Below, one piece after another: positions 38,543 to 50,346 of a DNA stretch of 64,000 nucleotides (positions are counted from its first letter, which is position 1; every line of letters starts with the position of its first letter). A program made the translations under genes and the position numbers. Source of the stretch: an uncultured Candidatus Saccharibacteria bacterium. GTDB lineage: Bacteria > Patescibacteriota > Saccharimonadia > Saccharimonadales > UBA10212. The notes beneath the pieces were generated by a model, which was not told the origin of the DNA, made no database searches, and was given only the letters and a program-made list of their open reading frames with translations. The DNA is taken from NCBI GenBank assembly GCA_964460855.1, contig CAYWQH010000006.1, positions 3,232 through 67,231 of the forward strand, in the 5' to 3' direction.

Positions 38543-39520
38543 TTACGGCAAGAAGAATTCGCTCATTGGCCTGGCATTTTTGTCGTCTGCTTGCATGGAA
38601 GGCAGGCCCCAGGCGGTTTCGATAGTTTTAAGCAGCGACATATGGTCGTAGCGGTTGGCCGAGCTATAACCTTTTTTAACTTTGGAGCCGACCATAATTA
38701 ACGGGATGTTATTGGTTGATTCGTGCTCTTCGGATTCGTCCCAGGTAATAACTAGTAATGACACGCTGTTATGAAAAGCCGGTGAGTCCAGGATGGTCGA
38801 AACTTCTTTAGCCAGCCACTGGTCGCCGGTACCGACGCTGCAATTATGCATATTATTGCAGTTGTTGGGCACTATATATACGAAGTTGGGCAAGGTATTG
38901 CTTTTTAGGTCGGTCTCAAACTGGGAGAACGGCACGTCGTTTTTTTGGCAGCGGTCGTGGTTGCTGGCAATGTTTTTGTAATACAGGAACGGGTTGAATT
39001 CGGTGTAATATTCCCCCTCGGGGTTAGGGTCGCATGGTTGTGGCATGCCTTCGATGTAAGCCCGCCAGGTTAGGCGGTTTTTTTCCAGTAAATCCGGCAG
39101 GTTCTTAACATCCAGTTGGCACTTAGGGTCGGTTGGCCCGCAGTTGCCCATTAAACCGGCGTTGGTACCGCTGGTTAGGTGGATATAGTTTGGCAGGCTG
39201 GGGTGGTCGGTGGCGTAGTACTGGGTAGCGTAAGCGTACTGGTCGGCCAGGGTATTAATGTACGTAGCTTCAGGATTATCTACTATTCGCCGCCCGCTTT
39301 CGTTTTCTTCCATGATCAAGAATATATGTTCGAAATTGGGTACGTAAGAGGCCGGCGTTTTTGGTACGTTTTCGGGCTGGCGGGCCGAGGCCACTATAAA
39401 ATAAAACAAAACCATCAGGAAAACGGCGCTTAGCGTACCCACCAAAAAAGATATTTTCTGGATGCGCGAAAATTTTAGGTGCTTTTTAGGCTTGTGCGCC
39501 CTTACGGGGAGGTGGTTCAT
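38543..39520 (-). CDS. membrane-anchored phosphoesterase (acid phosphatase/phospholipase C family)
   Basis: FEHIFLIMEEN, HPSLPNY, LPNF.YIVPN..NNMH, ITWDE, YDHMSLLKTIE. Confidence 0.82.
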   Translation of the reverse strand: MNHLPVRAHKPKKHLKFSRIQKISFLVGTLSAVFLMVLFYFIVASARQPENVPKTPASYVPNFEHIFLIMEENESGRRIVDNPEATYINTLADQYAYATQYYATDHPSLPNYIHLTSGTNAGLMGNCGPTDPKCQLDVKNLPDLLEKNRLTWRAYIEGMPQPCDPNPEGEYYTEFNPFLYYKNIASNHDRCQKNDVPFSQFETDLKSNTLPNFVYIVPNNCNNMHNCSVGTGDQWLAKEVSTILDSPAFHNSVSLLVITWDESEEHESTNNIPLIMVGSKVKKGYSSANRYDHMSLLKTIETAWGLPSMQADDKNARPMSEFFLP

Positions 39521-40377
39521 TCTAATAATTTTAGCAAATATTGGCCGTATCCGCTTTTTCTTAGCGGCTCGGCCAAGGCTTGCAGCTGGCTGGCATCGAT
39601 GTAGCCTTTCTGGTAAGCGATTTCTTCGATGCAGCCGATTTTTAAGCCTTGGCGCTCTTCGATGACCCTCACAAACTGGGCGGCGTCATTTAACGAGTCG
39701 AACGTACCGGTATCCAACCAGGCGGTGCCGCGGTCCAGCAAGGCTACTTTTAGCTTGCCGCTTCGTAAATAAGCGTTATGGATTTCGGTTATTTCAATTT
39801 CGCCCCGGTCGCTGGGTTTGGCGGCTTTGGCGAATTCCACGCAGTGGTGGTCGTAAAAATATAAGCCGGGGATGGCATAATGCGATTTTGGCTGGGCCGG
39901 CTTTTCTTCTATGGAAATAACTTTATTGCTGCCGTCGAATTCGACGACACCGTAGCGCTCGGGATCCTGAACCGGCGCGCCGAATATTACACCGCCGTCA
40001 GGGTCGGTGTATATAGCCAGGCCTTCGTCCATTTCGGAACCGTAAAATATGTTGTCGCCGAGTATCAGGGCCACTTTATCGCCGCCGATAAACTCTTCGC
40101 CGACAATAAACGCGTCGGCCAGGCCGCGCGGTTCGTCCTGCGCTTTATAAATAAAATTTAACCCCAACTGCTTGCCGCTGCCCAGCAGGTCTTCGAAACG
40201 CGGCAGGTCCTGGGCGGTGGAAATTATTAAAATGTCGCGGATGCCGGCCTGCATGAGGGTAGATAAGGGGTAATAAATCATCGGCTTGTCGTAAATCGGT
40301 ACCAGCTGCTTTATGACGCCTAAGGTAATCGGAAACAATCGGCTGCCGGTGCCGCCGGCTAAAATTATGCCTTTCAT
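39517..40377 (-). CDS. rfbA: glucose-1-phosphate thymidylyltransferase
   Basis: MKGIILAGGTGSRLFPIT, KQLVPIYDKPMIYYPL, RGTAWLDTGT. Confidence 0.97.
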   Translation of the reverse strand: MKGIILAGGTGSRLFPITLGVIKQLVPIYDKPMIYYPLSTLMQAGIRDILIISTAQDLPRFEDLLGSGKQLGLNFIYKAQDEPRGLADAFIVGEEFIGGDKVALILGDNIFYGSEMDEGLAIYTDPDGGVIFGAPVQDPERYGVVEFDGSNKVISIEEKPAQPKSHYAIPGLYFYDHHCVEFAKAAKPSDRGEIEITEIHNAYLRSGKLKVALLDRGTAWLDTGTFDSLNDAAQFVRVIEERQGLKIGCIEEIAYQKGYIDASQLQALAEPLRKSGYGQYLLKLLE

Positions 40378-41237
40378 TGTCCGGACGCCTCACTTTCTAG
40401 ATAAATTTTTAGGTCGTCGCGCCAGTCGGCCGGTTTAAAGCCGGCGGCTTCTATTTTGCTGAGGTCGAATTCGCTGTGGGCCGGGCGCGGTGCGGCTTGC
40501 GGCTTATCGGCGAAATATTCGGCCGATGTGGTTGGCGTAACCGTGTTGGACAAGCCGGCGGTCTGGAATACGGCTTCGGCAAACTGGGCCCAGCTGACGA
40601 CGTCGCCGCCATTGCTTAAATTATAAGTGCCGTATGGCTGCTCGCTGTTTAGCAGGTGGATGATGCCGGCCGCCAAAGTATTGGTAAAAGTCGGCCGGCC
40701 GGTCTGGTCGCTGACTACAGTCGGGTTAATTCCTTTGCGGGCGAGCTCAATCATGGTCCGGGCAAAATTTTTGCCGGCGCCCATAACCCAGCTGGTGCGT
40801 ACCAGGTAGTGCTTGTCGTGCTCGGATACGGCGATATCGCCGGCGGCTTTGGAAGTGCCGTAGCCGCTCATTGGCGTTAGAGGTTCGGTTTCGGAATGCG
40901 GCGTGCGGTGGCCGTTAAATACGTAATCGGTCGAAATGTGCACCAAGACCAAATTGTTTTTGGTAGCTATGCGGGCTAGCCAGGCGGGGGCCTGGGCATT
41001 GACCAGCCAGGCGGCTTCGCGGCCTTCGTCGGTTTCGGCGGCATCAACCGCCGTATAAGCAGCGGCGTTAATCACGTACTTATATTTTTCCCATTGGTAA
41101 GTTTCCAGGTTAATCCGGTCGGTGATGTCCAGCCCGCCCCGGTCCAGGGCGTCGGCTTGCGGCAGCTGGCGCCGCAACTCGCTGCCCAACTGCCCGTCAG
41201 CCCCTAAAATAAGAAGTTTGGATTGGTCTAAGCTCAT
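40374..41237 (-). CDS. rfbD: dTDP-4-dehydrorhamnose reductase
   Basis: GADGQLG, NAAAYTAVD.AE, STDYVF, YGTSK, DQTGRPT. Confidence 0.93.
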   Translation of the reverse strand: MSLDQSKLLILGADGQLGSELRRQLPQADALDRGGLDITDRINLETYQWEKYKYVINAAAYTAVDAAETDEGREAAWLVNAQAPAWLARIATKNNLVLVHISTDYVFNGHRTPHSETEPLTPMSGYGTSKAAGDIAVSEHDKHYLVRTSWVMGAGKNFARTMIELARKGINPTVVSDQTGRPTFTNTLAAGIIHLLNSEQPYGTYNLSNGGDVVSWAQFAEAVFQTAGLSNTVTPTTSAEYFADKPQAAPRPAHSEFDLSKIEAAGFKPADWRDDLKIYLESEASGQ

Positions 41238-41239
41238 TT

Positions 41240-42804
<1,565 letters not shown>

Positions 42805-42838
42805 CTATAATAGCCATTTCTAATTGATCTAAAAAATT

Positions 42839-44722
42839 CTAGCGCTTAGACCTGAGCTTGGAAAATTTAATGGCTGCCAGCAAAGCCAAAGTAATAATTA
42901 AGGGGTAGGCATAGGTTACTACCGGTGTTTTGACGGTGGCTATCCGGCTGTTTATGGCGCCGGCCGTTTTGTTGGCAGGCTGGGCAGGCTTCGGCTGGGC
43001 AGGGACAGCCGCAGGCTTGGCCGCGTTGGTTTTGATGGCTGGCTGGGCGTAGGCTTTGGGTTTTGGCCCCGCGGCTTTTGGTTTAGGGCTGGCAGCCTTT
43101 GCTTTGGCCGGAACGGCAGCTTTTTTAATGGGCCTGGAAGCCGGATGAACATCTTTTTTGAGCGGCGCGGCGCAAGGGGCCGGTTCGCCGACGGGCGGCA
43201 ATTGGCCGGCAGCCGATTCGGGCATTTCGGTTACTGGCAGCTTAGCGGTACAGGCCGGGTTTTTAGGATTGTTAACGGCGTGCAGTTTTTTATCCTGGCC
43301 CAGTCGGTAAACAGTCCGGGATTTGGCGGTTTTAACAAACAGCGTGCTCTCAGCTTTATCTGCCGGCGCGGTTGGCAGGGTTTCGAAAGCCATATCCGGC
43401 GTTATGTCATTGAATACCGGGCTGCCGTCGGTGGCCGAGTAAACGTCGAGCAGCGATTTATATTGGACTTTTTGGAAGGGCGAGGCAACACCATCGCCGG
43501 TTATTTGCCACCATTCTTTGCCCTGCTGGCTGCCGAAAACCGTGCTTTTAGGAAAGCGGCATTTGGCAGCCAGGCTACTGGCCTCCACCTTTTTGCCGTT
43601 ATAGCCCTCCAGCAAATCGGCGGCGCCGCTGGGCAGGGTTTCCGGCTCCTCGCCTTTGGTTATTTTTAAGCAGGCTTGGGCAGTGTCGCTCATAAACAGC
43701 GATATATCGCCGTTTTTACCGGATACCATTTGCCTCACCCGGCTGTCGTTACCGAATTTGTACAGCGAGCCGTCTTTTATTTTTAGCGGTTTGTTTTGGG
43801 GGCTGGTTAGCGTGCTGTCTGCGGCCGGTATTTTGTATACGGGCTGGTTGGCCGCGCTTAATTTGCCGGCTTCTTTTTCGGTTAATTTATAAGCGCCGCC
43901 CTTTTTAAAAACGTATTTATCCGGCTGGCCGTCGATGCTAACTATTGTATTATCGGGCGGCACCGCGTCGCCAGCTAGGTGCGGCTTAATTTCGGCCGGC
44001 GCTACCGCTACCGGCTCACCGCCCCAATAGTTGGCGTCTTGGGGCGTCCAATCTTTTAGATTTTTAAGCGGCCAGGCCACGCCGGCCGTTTTTTGGTAAA
44101 CTTTTTGGTCGTCTTTAATGATTTGTTTATCGCCGATGTAATCGTAGGGCGTGTTTTTTACGGGAGCAGCTGGCTCTGCCGGCGGGCTCCAAATTTTACC
44201 GGTGCCATTGATATCGATATAGTGGTCGGCTTTGGTCAGCCGGCCGCGCTGGAAATTGCCTTTAAGGTCCTGGTTATATTCGGCTACCTTAACCTGCCGG
44301 CTGCCATCGGCCTGCTTGATTACTTCTTCGACAAAAGCCACATGCCCGCTATCCCATTGGGCGATATCGCCGGGTTCCGGGAAGTTATCGACCCGGTAGC
44401 CGGCAGACCTGGCGGCTGCTGACCAGTTTTCGGCGTTGCCCCAGCCCGGAATATTAACGCCCAGTTCTTTGCTGACCCGCCAGGCAACATATGATGTGCA
44501 GTTGCGTAAATCGTAGCCCCAGGGGTCGCGAAAACCGCGGCCGCCCTTATAACCCCAGGTAATATTGTCGCCGGCTACGGCTTTTGGCACTTTAGGCGCG
44601 TCGGCCCAAGGGTAGCCGCCGGTTTCTAAGGCTAGTACCACAGCATAAGAAGCGATGTTGATAAACAAAAGACTAGCCGCCAGGCCAGCAGCCAGTTTGG
44701 TAATAAAACGCCGGGTTAGCAT
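42839..44722 (-). CDS. surface-anchored CHAP-domain peptidoglycan amidase/endopeptidase
   Basis: RNCTSYVAWR, WGNAENW, GHVAFVE, AEYN; Pro/Ala/Lys-rich stalk; C-terminal TM plus basic tail; AGGAGG Shine-Dalgarno. Confidence 0.85.
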   Translation of the reverse strand: MLTRRFITKLAAGLAASLLFINIASYAVVLALETGGYPWADAPKVPKAVAGDNITWGYKGGRGFRDPWGYDLRNCTSYVAWRVSKELGVNIPGWGNAENWSAAARSAGYRVDNFPEPGDIAQWDSGHVAFVEEVIKQADGSRQVKVAEYNQDLKGNFQRGRLTKADHYIDINGTGKIWSPPAEPAAPVKNTPYDYIGDKQIIKDDQKVYQKTAGVAWPLKNLKDWTPQDANYWGGEPVAVAPAEIKPHLAGDAVPPDNTIVSIDGQPDKYVFKKGGAYKLTEKEAGKLSAANQPVYKIPAADSTLTSPQNKPLKIKDGSLYKFGNDSRVRQMVSGKNGDISLFMSDTAQACLKITKGEEPETLPSGAADLLEGYNGKKVEASSLAAKCRFPKSTVFGSQQGKEWWQITGDGVASPFQKVQYKSLLDVYSATDGSPVFNDITPDMAFETLPTAPADKAESTLFVKTAKSRTVYRLGQDKKLHAVNNPKNPACTAKLPVTEMPESAAGQLPPVGEPAPCAAPLKKDVHPASRPIKKAAVPAKAKAASPKPKAAGPKPKAYAQPAIKTNAAKPAAVPAQPKPAQPANKTAGAINSRIATVKTPVVTYAYPLIITLALLAAIKFSKLRSKR

Positions 44723-44856
44723 ATTACCTCCTGCCCACCCGGTTTATCCATCTTGGGATAAGCCTATATATCGGCACGGCCCGGCCGGCCGTCAAGCCTG
44801 CCCGTAAATAAAACTACAAGCTTCCCTGTCGTAAAAAACAGTAACTTTTTAAGAAG

Positions 44857-45972
44857 TTAAAGCTTATTTTTGGCGAATTTGGCGTACTCGGCGGTGACGA
44901 ATTTTTGAATTTCGGCCTGGAACTTGGGCTTCGAGAATTTTTCGGCCTGGCGGCGGATTTTCTGGCGGTCCCAGCTAAGCTTTAGGGCGTTATTAATTGC
45001 CGCTATTAAGCTTTCAGTGTTTTGTTGGTTGAATAAAATGCCGCTTTCGCCGGGTTCGATAACATCCAGCACGCCGCCCTTGGCGAAGGCGACTACCGGC
45101 GTGCCGCTGGCCATGGCTTCGACAGGAATGAGGCCGGCGTCCTCTTCGTTGGGGAATAAAAACAATTCGGCCGACGCGAAGGCCGCGGCTAATTCTTCGT
45201 CGTTGGCGGTTTTAAATATTACTTTCGGCCCGCCCAGCTTGACCAGTTTTTTATGCTCCGGGCCTTGGCCGATAACTACCAGCGGCATGTTGAGCTGGTT
45301 GGCGGCTTCGATGGCCAGGTCGAATCGTTTGTATGGTATTTGACGCCCGGCCGCCAGCAGCCCGGCCCGGTGGCCGTTATTAACGCTGTAGCGGCTGACA
45401 TCCACTGGCGGGAACAGCACGGTGCTGTCGCGGTTGTAATAAATTTTGATGCGGCGGGCGACGTTGCGCGAATTGGCCAAGTAAACCGCCGGCCGGGCGG
45501 CGGCTTTTAAGTCCCACTTGCGCATCCGGCCAACCAGTAACGGGATAAACGGCTTAATAAAAATATCCAGTGGGCCGAAGCCGGGGTTTTGCTTATACTC
45601 TTCGTAATGGCTCCAGTAGTACCGTGTAGGCGTATTGCAATAACAAATATGCAGGGTTTTTTCGGGATTGACGATTATGCCTTTGGCGTCGGAGCTGGTT
45701 ACCGATAACACCAGGTCGAATTCGTCAAAATTAAACTTCTCAAATGCTTTGGCCCGCAACATTGGGAATAACTGGTGTTTGCGCCGGGCCAGCGGGATTT
45801 TTTGCAGCCAGCTGGTGCGGATATCGAAGCCGCGGAAAATGTCCGGCATGTTTTGGGGGTTATATACCGATGTGTAAATCGGGGCGTCGGGATAAATTTC
45901 TTTTAAGGCCAGCAGGACTTTTTCGGCACCGCCCATATTAGTCAGCCAATCGTGCACGAGGGCAACTTTCAT
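44857..45972 (-). CDS. GT4 glycosyltransferase
   Basis: KVALVHDWL..MGGAE, YKRFDL, EEDAGLIPVEAMASGTPV. Confidence 0.92.
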   Translation of the reverse strand: MKVALVHDWLTNMGGAEKVLLALKEIYPDAPIYTSVYNPQNMPDIFRGFDIRTSWLQKIPLARRKHQLFPMLRAKAFEKFNFDEFDLVLSVTSSDAKGIIVNPEKTLHICYCNTPTRYYWSHYEEYKQNPGFGPLDIFIKPFIPLLVGRMRKWDLKAAARPAVYLANSRNVARRIKIYYNRDSTVLFPPVDVSRYSVNNGHRAGLLAAGRQIPYKRFDLAIEAANQLNMPLVVIGQGPEHKKLVKLGGPKVIFKTANDEELAAAFASAELFLFPNEEDAGLIPVEAMASGTPVVAFAKGGVLDVIEPGESGILFNQQNTESLIAAINNALKLSWDRQKIRRQAEKFSKPKFQAEIQKFVTAEYAKFAKNKL

Positions 45973-47409
45973 TTATTGGCCTTTGCCGGTTACCATGGCC
46001 AGCAGTGTGCGGTAAACGATTTTCATATCAAGCAAAAAACTCCAGTGCTGGATGTAGTACAAATCGAGGGCGATGCGCTCGTCGTAAGTTGTTTCGTTGC
46101 GGCCGGAAACCTGCCACAAGCCGGTAATGCCGGGGCGGATGCTCAAGAATATCGAGCTGGCTTGTTCGTAGCGTTCCAGCTCGCTTTTGGTTACCGGCCG
46201 CGGGCCGATGAGGCTTAAGTCGCCCTTAAGCACATTCCAAAGCTGCGGCAATTCGTCGATGCCGGTTTTGCGGGTAAAACGGCCGATGGGCATAATGCGC
46301 GGGTCGTTTTTGACTTTTTGGTTGGCCCGCCATTCTTTTATTAAATCTTCGCGGCCCATTTCTTTGAAAATTTCGATTTCGCTTTTGCGGCCGGTATTAC
46401 TGTAACGCCAATACATGCTGCGCAGCTTATAGGCGGTAAACATGGTGCCGAAGCGGCTGACCCGCTGGTGCTGGTAAAATACCGGGCCGCGGCGGTCAGT
46501 AAGTTTGATAATTAAACCAACCACTAAAAACACCGGAATAGCTAAAATTAAGGCGATTAAAGCGCCGGCGATATCAAAAGAGCGCTTGGCGATGCGGCCC
46601 CAGCCGGCCAGGGCAGTTTGGTGGACGGCGATTACCGGAAAATTGTGGAACAGCTCTATTTCATTATTGCCAGTGTATAAATTTACATTGGCCGGTATAA
46701 ATTTGTAATCGACATGGTAGTCCCGGGCGGCATCGATAATTTTTTGGTTGGCCGAGTCGTCGAGCATTTGGGTTTGGATGATGGTATGGATATGGCCAAA
46801 AACTTTTACGGCGTCGTCGACCGTGGCGTAATGGGCAGAATGGTATTTGGGCGGGATAGTGCCTTTTTTACCCAGGTAGCCGGCGATCCAATAGCCGGTT
46901 TGGCGGGTGTTGCCAATGTACTCGGCGATTTCGGTCATCGCCCGGTTGCTGCCAATAAGCAAAACATGGTTAACGCCAATGCCGTAATGGAATAACATGT
47001 GGCGGCCCATGCGCAGCAGGCCGCGGCCCAGCATCACCAACAGGAAGCTAATAATAAAAGCGTAAACCGGCACCAGGCGGGCCGGAAAGATTGGCCGGCT
47101 GTAAGCGAAGCTAAACGAAATTATGCCCATCATGCCTATTACCGTGCCGGTCAGCACCCGTCCGACTTCCTGGAAGCGCCGCTCATAAATATCTTTGTTG
47201 TAAAGGCCTAAAATGGCGAACACAAACAGGTAAAAAGGCATTAGCGCCACGAATATCTTTAGGTATTCGACGCCCGGCACTTGCTGGGCCAGCGGCCGGG
47301 TGTCAAGGTGGACACGGATCAAGTATGCCGCCACGAACGAACTAATAAGCATTACAAAATCCGATACCAATAGCAAAAAGCTGTAAACAAGCGAAGCGTT
47401 ATTCTTCAT
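45973..47409 (-). CDS. priming polyprenyl-phosphate sugar-1-phosphate transferase (WcaJ/WbaP family)
   Basis: four N-terminal TM helices; KRSFDI, KLRSM, DPRI, DELPQLWNVLKGDLSLIGPRP, PGITGLWQVSGR, DLYYI. Confidence 0.93.
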   Translation of the reverse strand: MKNNASLVYSFLLLVSDFVMLISSFVAAYLIRVHLDTRPLAQQVPGVEYLKIFVALMPFYLFVFAILGLYNKDIYERRFQEVGRVLTGTVIGMMGIISFSFAYSRPIFPARLVPVYAFIISFLLVMLGRGLLRMGRHMLFHYGIGVNHVLLIGSNRAMTEIAEYIGNTRQTGYWIAGYLGKKGTIPPKYHSAHYATVDDAVKVFGHIHTIIQTQMLDDSANQKIIDAARDYHVDYKFIPANVNLYTGNNEIELFHNFPVIAVHQTALAGWGRIAKRSFDIAGALIALILAIPVFLVVGLIIKLTDRRGPVFYQHQRVSRFGTMFTAYKLRSMYWRYSNTGRKSEIEIFKEMGREDLIKEWRANQKVKNDPRIMPIGRFTRKTGIDELPQLWNVLKGDLSLIGPRPVTKSELERYEQASSIFLSIRPGITGLWQVSGRNETTYDERIALDLYYIQHWSFLLDMKIVYRTLLAMVTGKGQ

Positions 47410-47468
47410 ATTTCCGCTGTAATTGTAACAGGAATTGCCTGTTGGCAGGCGGCTGTTAGAATGGGGTC

Positions 47469-48863
47469 ATGAGGCGTTTTTTGTCTGACGCGCTGCAGCC
47501 CGGTAATCGTTTGCCGGCTTTGATGGCCTTGATCGCCTTTTTGCTGCCGTTTGAATATTTGCCGACGCTGCCGGTTAGCGGGCTTAATATCCGGCTCAGC
47601 ACCGCAGCCGGGGCGGTATTAATAGCCATAACGGCCTGGCAGCTTATTACCGGGCAGCTTAAATTAACTTTTGACTGGCCGCGGGCGCTAATGGTGGCTT
47701 GGTTGGTTTGGCTAGTAATCGGCCTGGGCATGGCTTCGAACTTAAGCGAAGGGCTGAAAGATTTGTTGCCGCTGGCCTTTTTAGTTCTATTGACACTGAG
47801 TTTTAGCCGCCAGCTTAAAACCGATTACTTGCCGATGCTGGCCCGGGCGGTGTTGCTGGGGGCACTGGCCAGCGCTATATTTGGCATTTACCAGTTTTTT
47901 GGCAACCGGGCCGGGCTGTCCCAGCATTTAACAGGGTTGCGGCCGGAGTACAGCTGGGAGCGGTTCGGCTTTCCGCGCATGCAGAGCGTGGCGCTGGAGC
48001 CGCTTTATTACAGCGCGTTTTTATTACTGCCGATTATGCTGCTGGTTTTGCTGCTGGTGCGGCGGCCGGAATTCCGGCGCTGGTATTACTTCGCCCTGCT
48101 GGCGCTGCTGCTATTAGTTGACGTGTTAACTTTATCGCGCGGCGGCCTGGCGGCGCTGGTGCTGGGCTTGTTGGTAGTAGCTGTTATGGTGGCTTTGGCT
48201 TTTGGCCGGCAACTGGCCCGCCAGCTGGCGCTAGGATTTGCCGGTTTGGTTTTGGTTTTTGGGCTGGCCCTGCTTACCATAGCCGCCGTGGCCCGGCCCG
48301 GCCACGACAAAGACGTAACATACGGCAAACAAGGCACTGGCAGCGCCCTGTCGCACTTAGCCGATTTCCATTTTTCGCCAAGCAACACTAATAAGGCTAA
48401 AAACGATTCGATCAGCCAGCGCGACGCCGCCCGCCAACAGGCGGCCGACGATCTCAAAGGCAGCACGAAAGTTCTGCTGGTGGGCACCGGCATCGGCCAA
48501 TACCATGCCTACACCCAGTCGCATTACTCCAACCCCAAGCCCGGTGAACCCAACAATGTGGTACTGGAGCAACTGGTGCAAACCGGCATAATCGGTTTCG
48601 GCTTGTTGGTTGCACTGGTATTGCTGCTACTGGGCGGCCTGTGGCGCCAGGCCCGGCACAACGGTAATGACTTCGTGCGGATCTTTGCTATAACGGCCTT
48701 CGCCCTGCTGGTGGCCCTGGCTTTCCAGGCCCAAACTTTTACCGGCCTGGTGCTGACCCATTTGTGGTTTACTATTGGCATTTGCTTGTTCTTGGTACAA
48801 TTACCCTTGAAAGAACATAAGCGACATGCCCAAAGCCAAAAGAAAAACCAACAAACACCCTAA
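47469..48863 (+). CDS. O-antigen ligase/polymerase-like membrane protein
   Basis: about 12 TM helices, R.QS...EP, TLSRGG, GTGIGQY, NNVVLEQLVQTGIIG. Confidence 0.8.
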   Translation: MRRFLSDALQPGNRLPALMALIAFLLPFEYLPTLPVSGLNIRLSTAAGAVLIAITAWQLITGQLKLTFDWPRALMVAWLVWLVIGLGMASNLSEGLKDLLPLAFLVLLTLSFSRQLKTDYLPMLARAVLLGALASAIFGIYQFFGNRAGLSQHLTGLRPEYSWERFGFPRMQSVALEPLYYSAFLLLPIMLLVLLLVRRPEFRRWYYFALLALLLLVDVLTLSRGGLAALVLGLLVVAVMVALAFGRQLARQLALGFAGLVLVFGLALLTIAAVARPGHDKDVTYGKQGTGSALSHLADFHFSPSNTNKAKNDSISQRDAARQQAADDLKGSTKVLLVGTGIGQYHAYTQSHYSNPKPGEPNNVVLEQLVQTGIIGFGLLVALVLLLLGGLWRQARHNGNDFVRIFAITAFALLVALAFQAQTFTGLVLTHLWFTIGICLFLVQLPLKEHKRHAQSQKKNQQTP

Positions 48864-49269
48864 AATCTACCAATTCGCCGAATATATGGTGAGCGGCGGC
48901 GCCTGGTTTGTAACCGGCTACCTGGTGTTCGCCCTGTGCGACAAAGGCCTGCACTTATCGCTGTGGTGGGCCAAGCTGATTGCTAACATAACCGGCGTAA
49001 CCGTCAATTTTATTATCAACCGCTGGTGGGTGTTTAAAGGCAATAAGCCCGGCAAAGACCTGCCCGAAGTTACCGGCAAATACCTGGTACTGACCGGCTT
49101 CCAGTTTGTGGTTGATTACTTTATCGTAGCGACCCTTAAAAACCACGGACTGACACCGTATATCGGCCAATTTGTGTCGGCCGGCATTTTCACTGTTTGG
49201 AACTGGTTCTGGTATAACTTGTGGGTATTCGCCAAACCTAAATCCAAACGGAGGCTAAAGCGGGCATGA
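48826..49269 (+). CDS. GtrA-family lipid-linked sugar translocase
   Basis: four TM helices, VNFIINRWWVFK and WN...NLWVF motifs. Confidence 0.85.
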   Translation: MPKAKRKTNKHPKIYQFAEYMVSGGAWFVTGYLVFALCDKGLHLSLWWAKLIANITGVTVNFIINRWWVFKGNKPGKDLPEVTGKYLVLTGFQFVVDYFIVATLKNHGLTPYIGQFVSAGIFTVWNWFWYNLWVFAKPKSKRRLKRA

Positions 49270-49760
49270 ACCAAACCGAAACCGAAGCCAAAGTTATCCG
49301 CCCCACTAAAAAACAGCGCGAACTGCTGACTTTTATTGAAGAATTCATTGCCGAACATGGCTACAGCCCCAGTTACCGCGAAGTGATGAACGGCCTGAGG
49401 TATACGTCGGTTTCGACGGTGGCAACCCATATTAATAGCCTGATCAGCCGCGGCCATTTGCGCAAACGCGATAATTCGGCCCGCTCGCTGGAAGTGGTTA
49501 ACCCCGACCCGGCGACAATCGGCAAAGTCGTACCCAAGCAGTTAGTAGAAAGCGAAGAAAAGTGGCTGGTCGAAAAGATCGACCGCTTTTTTAAAGAGCT
49601 GGAAACGGCCCCCAAAATTATCGAAGCCGAACTGGACAACCTATATGTTTTAGTCGGCGCCTTAAAAGTGCTGGGCAGCCACGGCGCCGCCCAGGCGTTT
49701 ATTGCCCGGCTTAGCGAACTCAAAGCCCGCCTGGAAAACGACGAAGCCTACACTACTTGA
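49266..49760 (+). CDS. LexA-type N-terminal DNA-binding domain protein lacking the S24 peptidase
   Basis: TKKQRELL.FI..FI.EHGYSPSYRE...L...SVSTV..HI..L...G.L......ARSLEV; helical C-terminus. Confidence 0.8.
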   Translation: MNQTETEAKVIRPTKKQRELLTFIEEFIAEHGYSPSYREVMNGLRYTSVSTVATHINSLISRGHLRKRDNSARSLEVVNPDPATIGKVVPKQLVESEEKWLVEKIDRFFKELETAPKIIEAELDNLYVLVGALKVLGSHGAAQAFIARLSELKARLENDEAYTT

Positions 49761-50346
49761 TAAACCGCACATTATGCGTAATAACCGCCAAGTCGGCCTC
49801 GACGCTGAGGCGGGCCGGATTGGCGTGCAGCCAGCCGTCTACCGCTTTGCGCACGCCGGGCAGGGCTTCGCTGTGGTAATCATCAACAATAACCATCGAA
49901 CCGTTGCTCAGCCGCGGCCATACCAGCTTGAGGGCGTCTAATATCGAATAGTAAAAATCGGCGTCAATAAAAGCGAAAGCTATATGGTGCGGCAGGGCGT
50001 GGCTGGGCAGGGCCGAAAACCAGCCTTTATGGATTGTCGGAATGGGCAGGCCGCGCTTTTGGAAGTTGCGGCTAACGGCGTGCTGCGAGGCTTGCAGCGA
50101 GCCTTCTTGGAACTGCTCGCCGGCCGGGCTGAAATCTTCGGGCGATTTGGCCGGCAGGCCGTCGAAGCTGTCGTATAAGTGCAGCTGCCGCGAATGGCGG
50201 AGCGTAATTTTTTGCAGCTCCACGGACGTATCGCCGTCGTAGCAGCCGAACTCCACGACATCGCCGGCAGTGCCGTGGCTGAGAGTTCCTTCGAGGTGGC
50301 GCAGGATGGCTTCGAGGGCGCGGGGTTCGAGTTGTCTTTGGTGCAT
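49753..50346 (-). CDS. TylF/MycF-family O-methyltransferase
   Basis: GDVVEFGCY.G, YDSFDGLP, KGWF, FIDADFYYS, DDY. Confidence 0.88.
   Translation of the reverse strand: MHQRQLEPRALEAILRHLEGTLSHGTAGDVVEFGCYDGDTSVELQKITLRHSRQLHLYDSFDGLPAKSPEDFSPAGEQFQEGSLQASQHAVSRNFQKRGLPIPTIHKGWFSALPSHALPHHIAFAFIDADFYYSILDALKLVWPRLSNGSMVIVDDYHSEALPGVRKAVDGWLHANPARLSVEADLAVITHNVRFIK

Noticed and set aside
44741-44764. Small hairpin upstream of the CHAP gene as a riboswitch
   Set aside because: Only a 9-bp imperfect stem with no recognisable aptamer consensus
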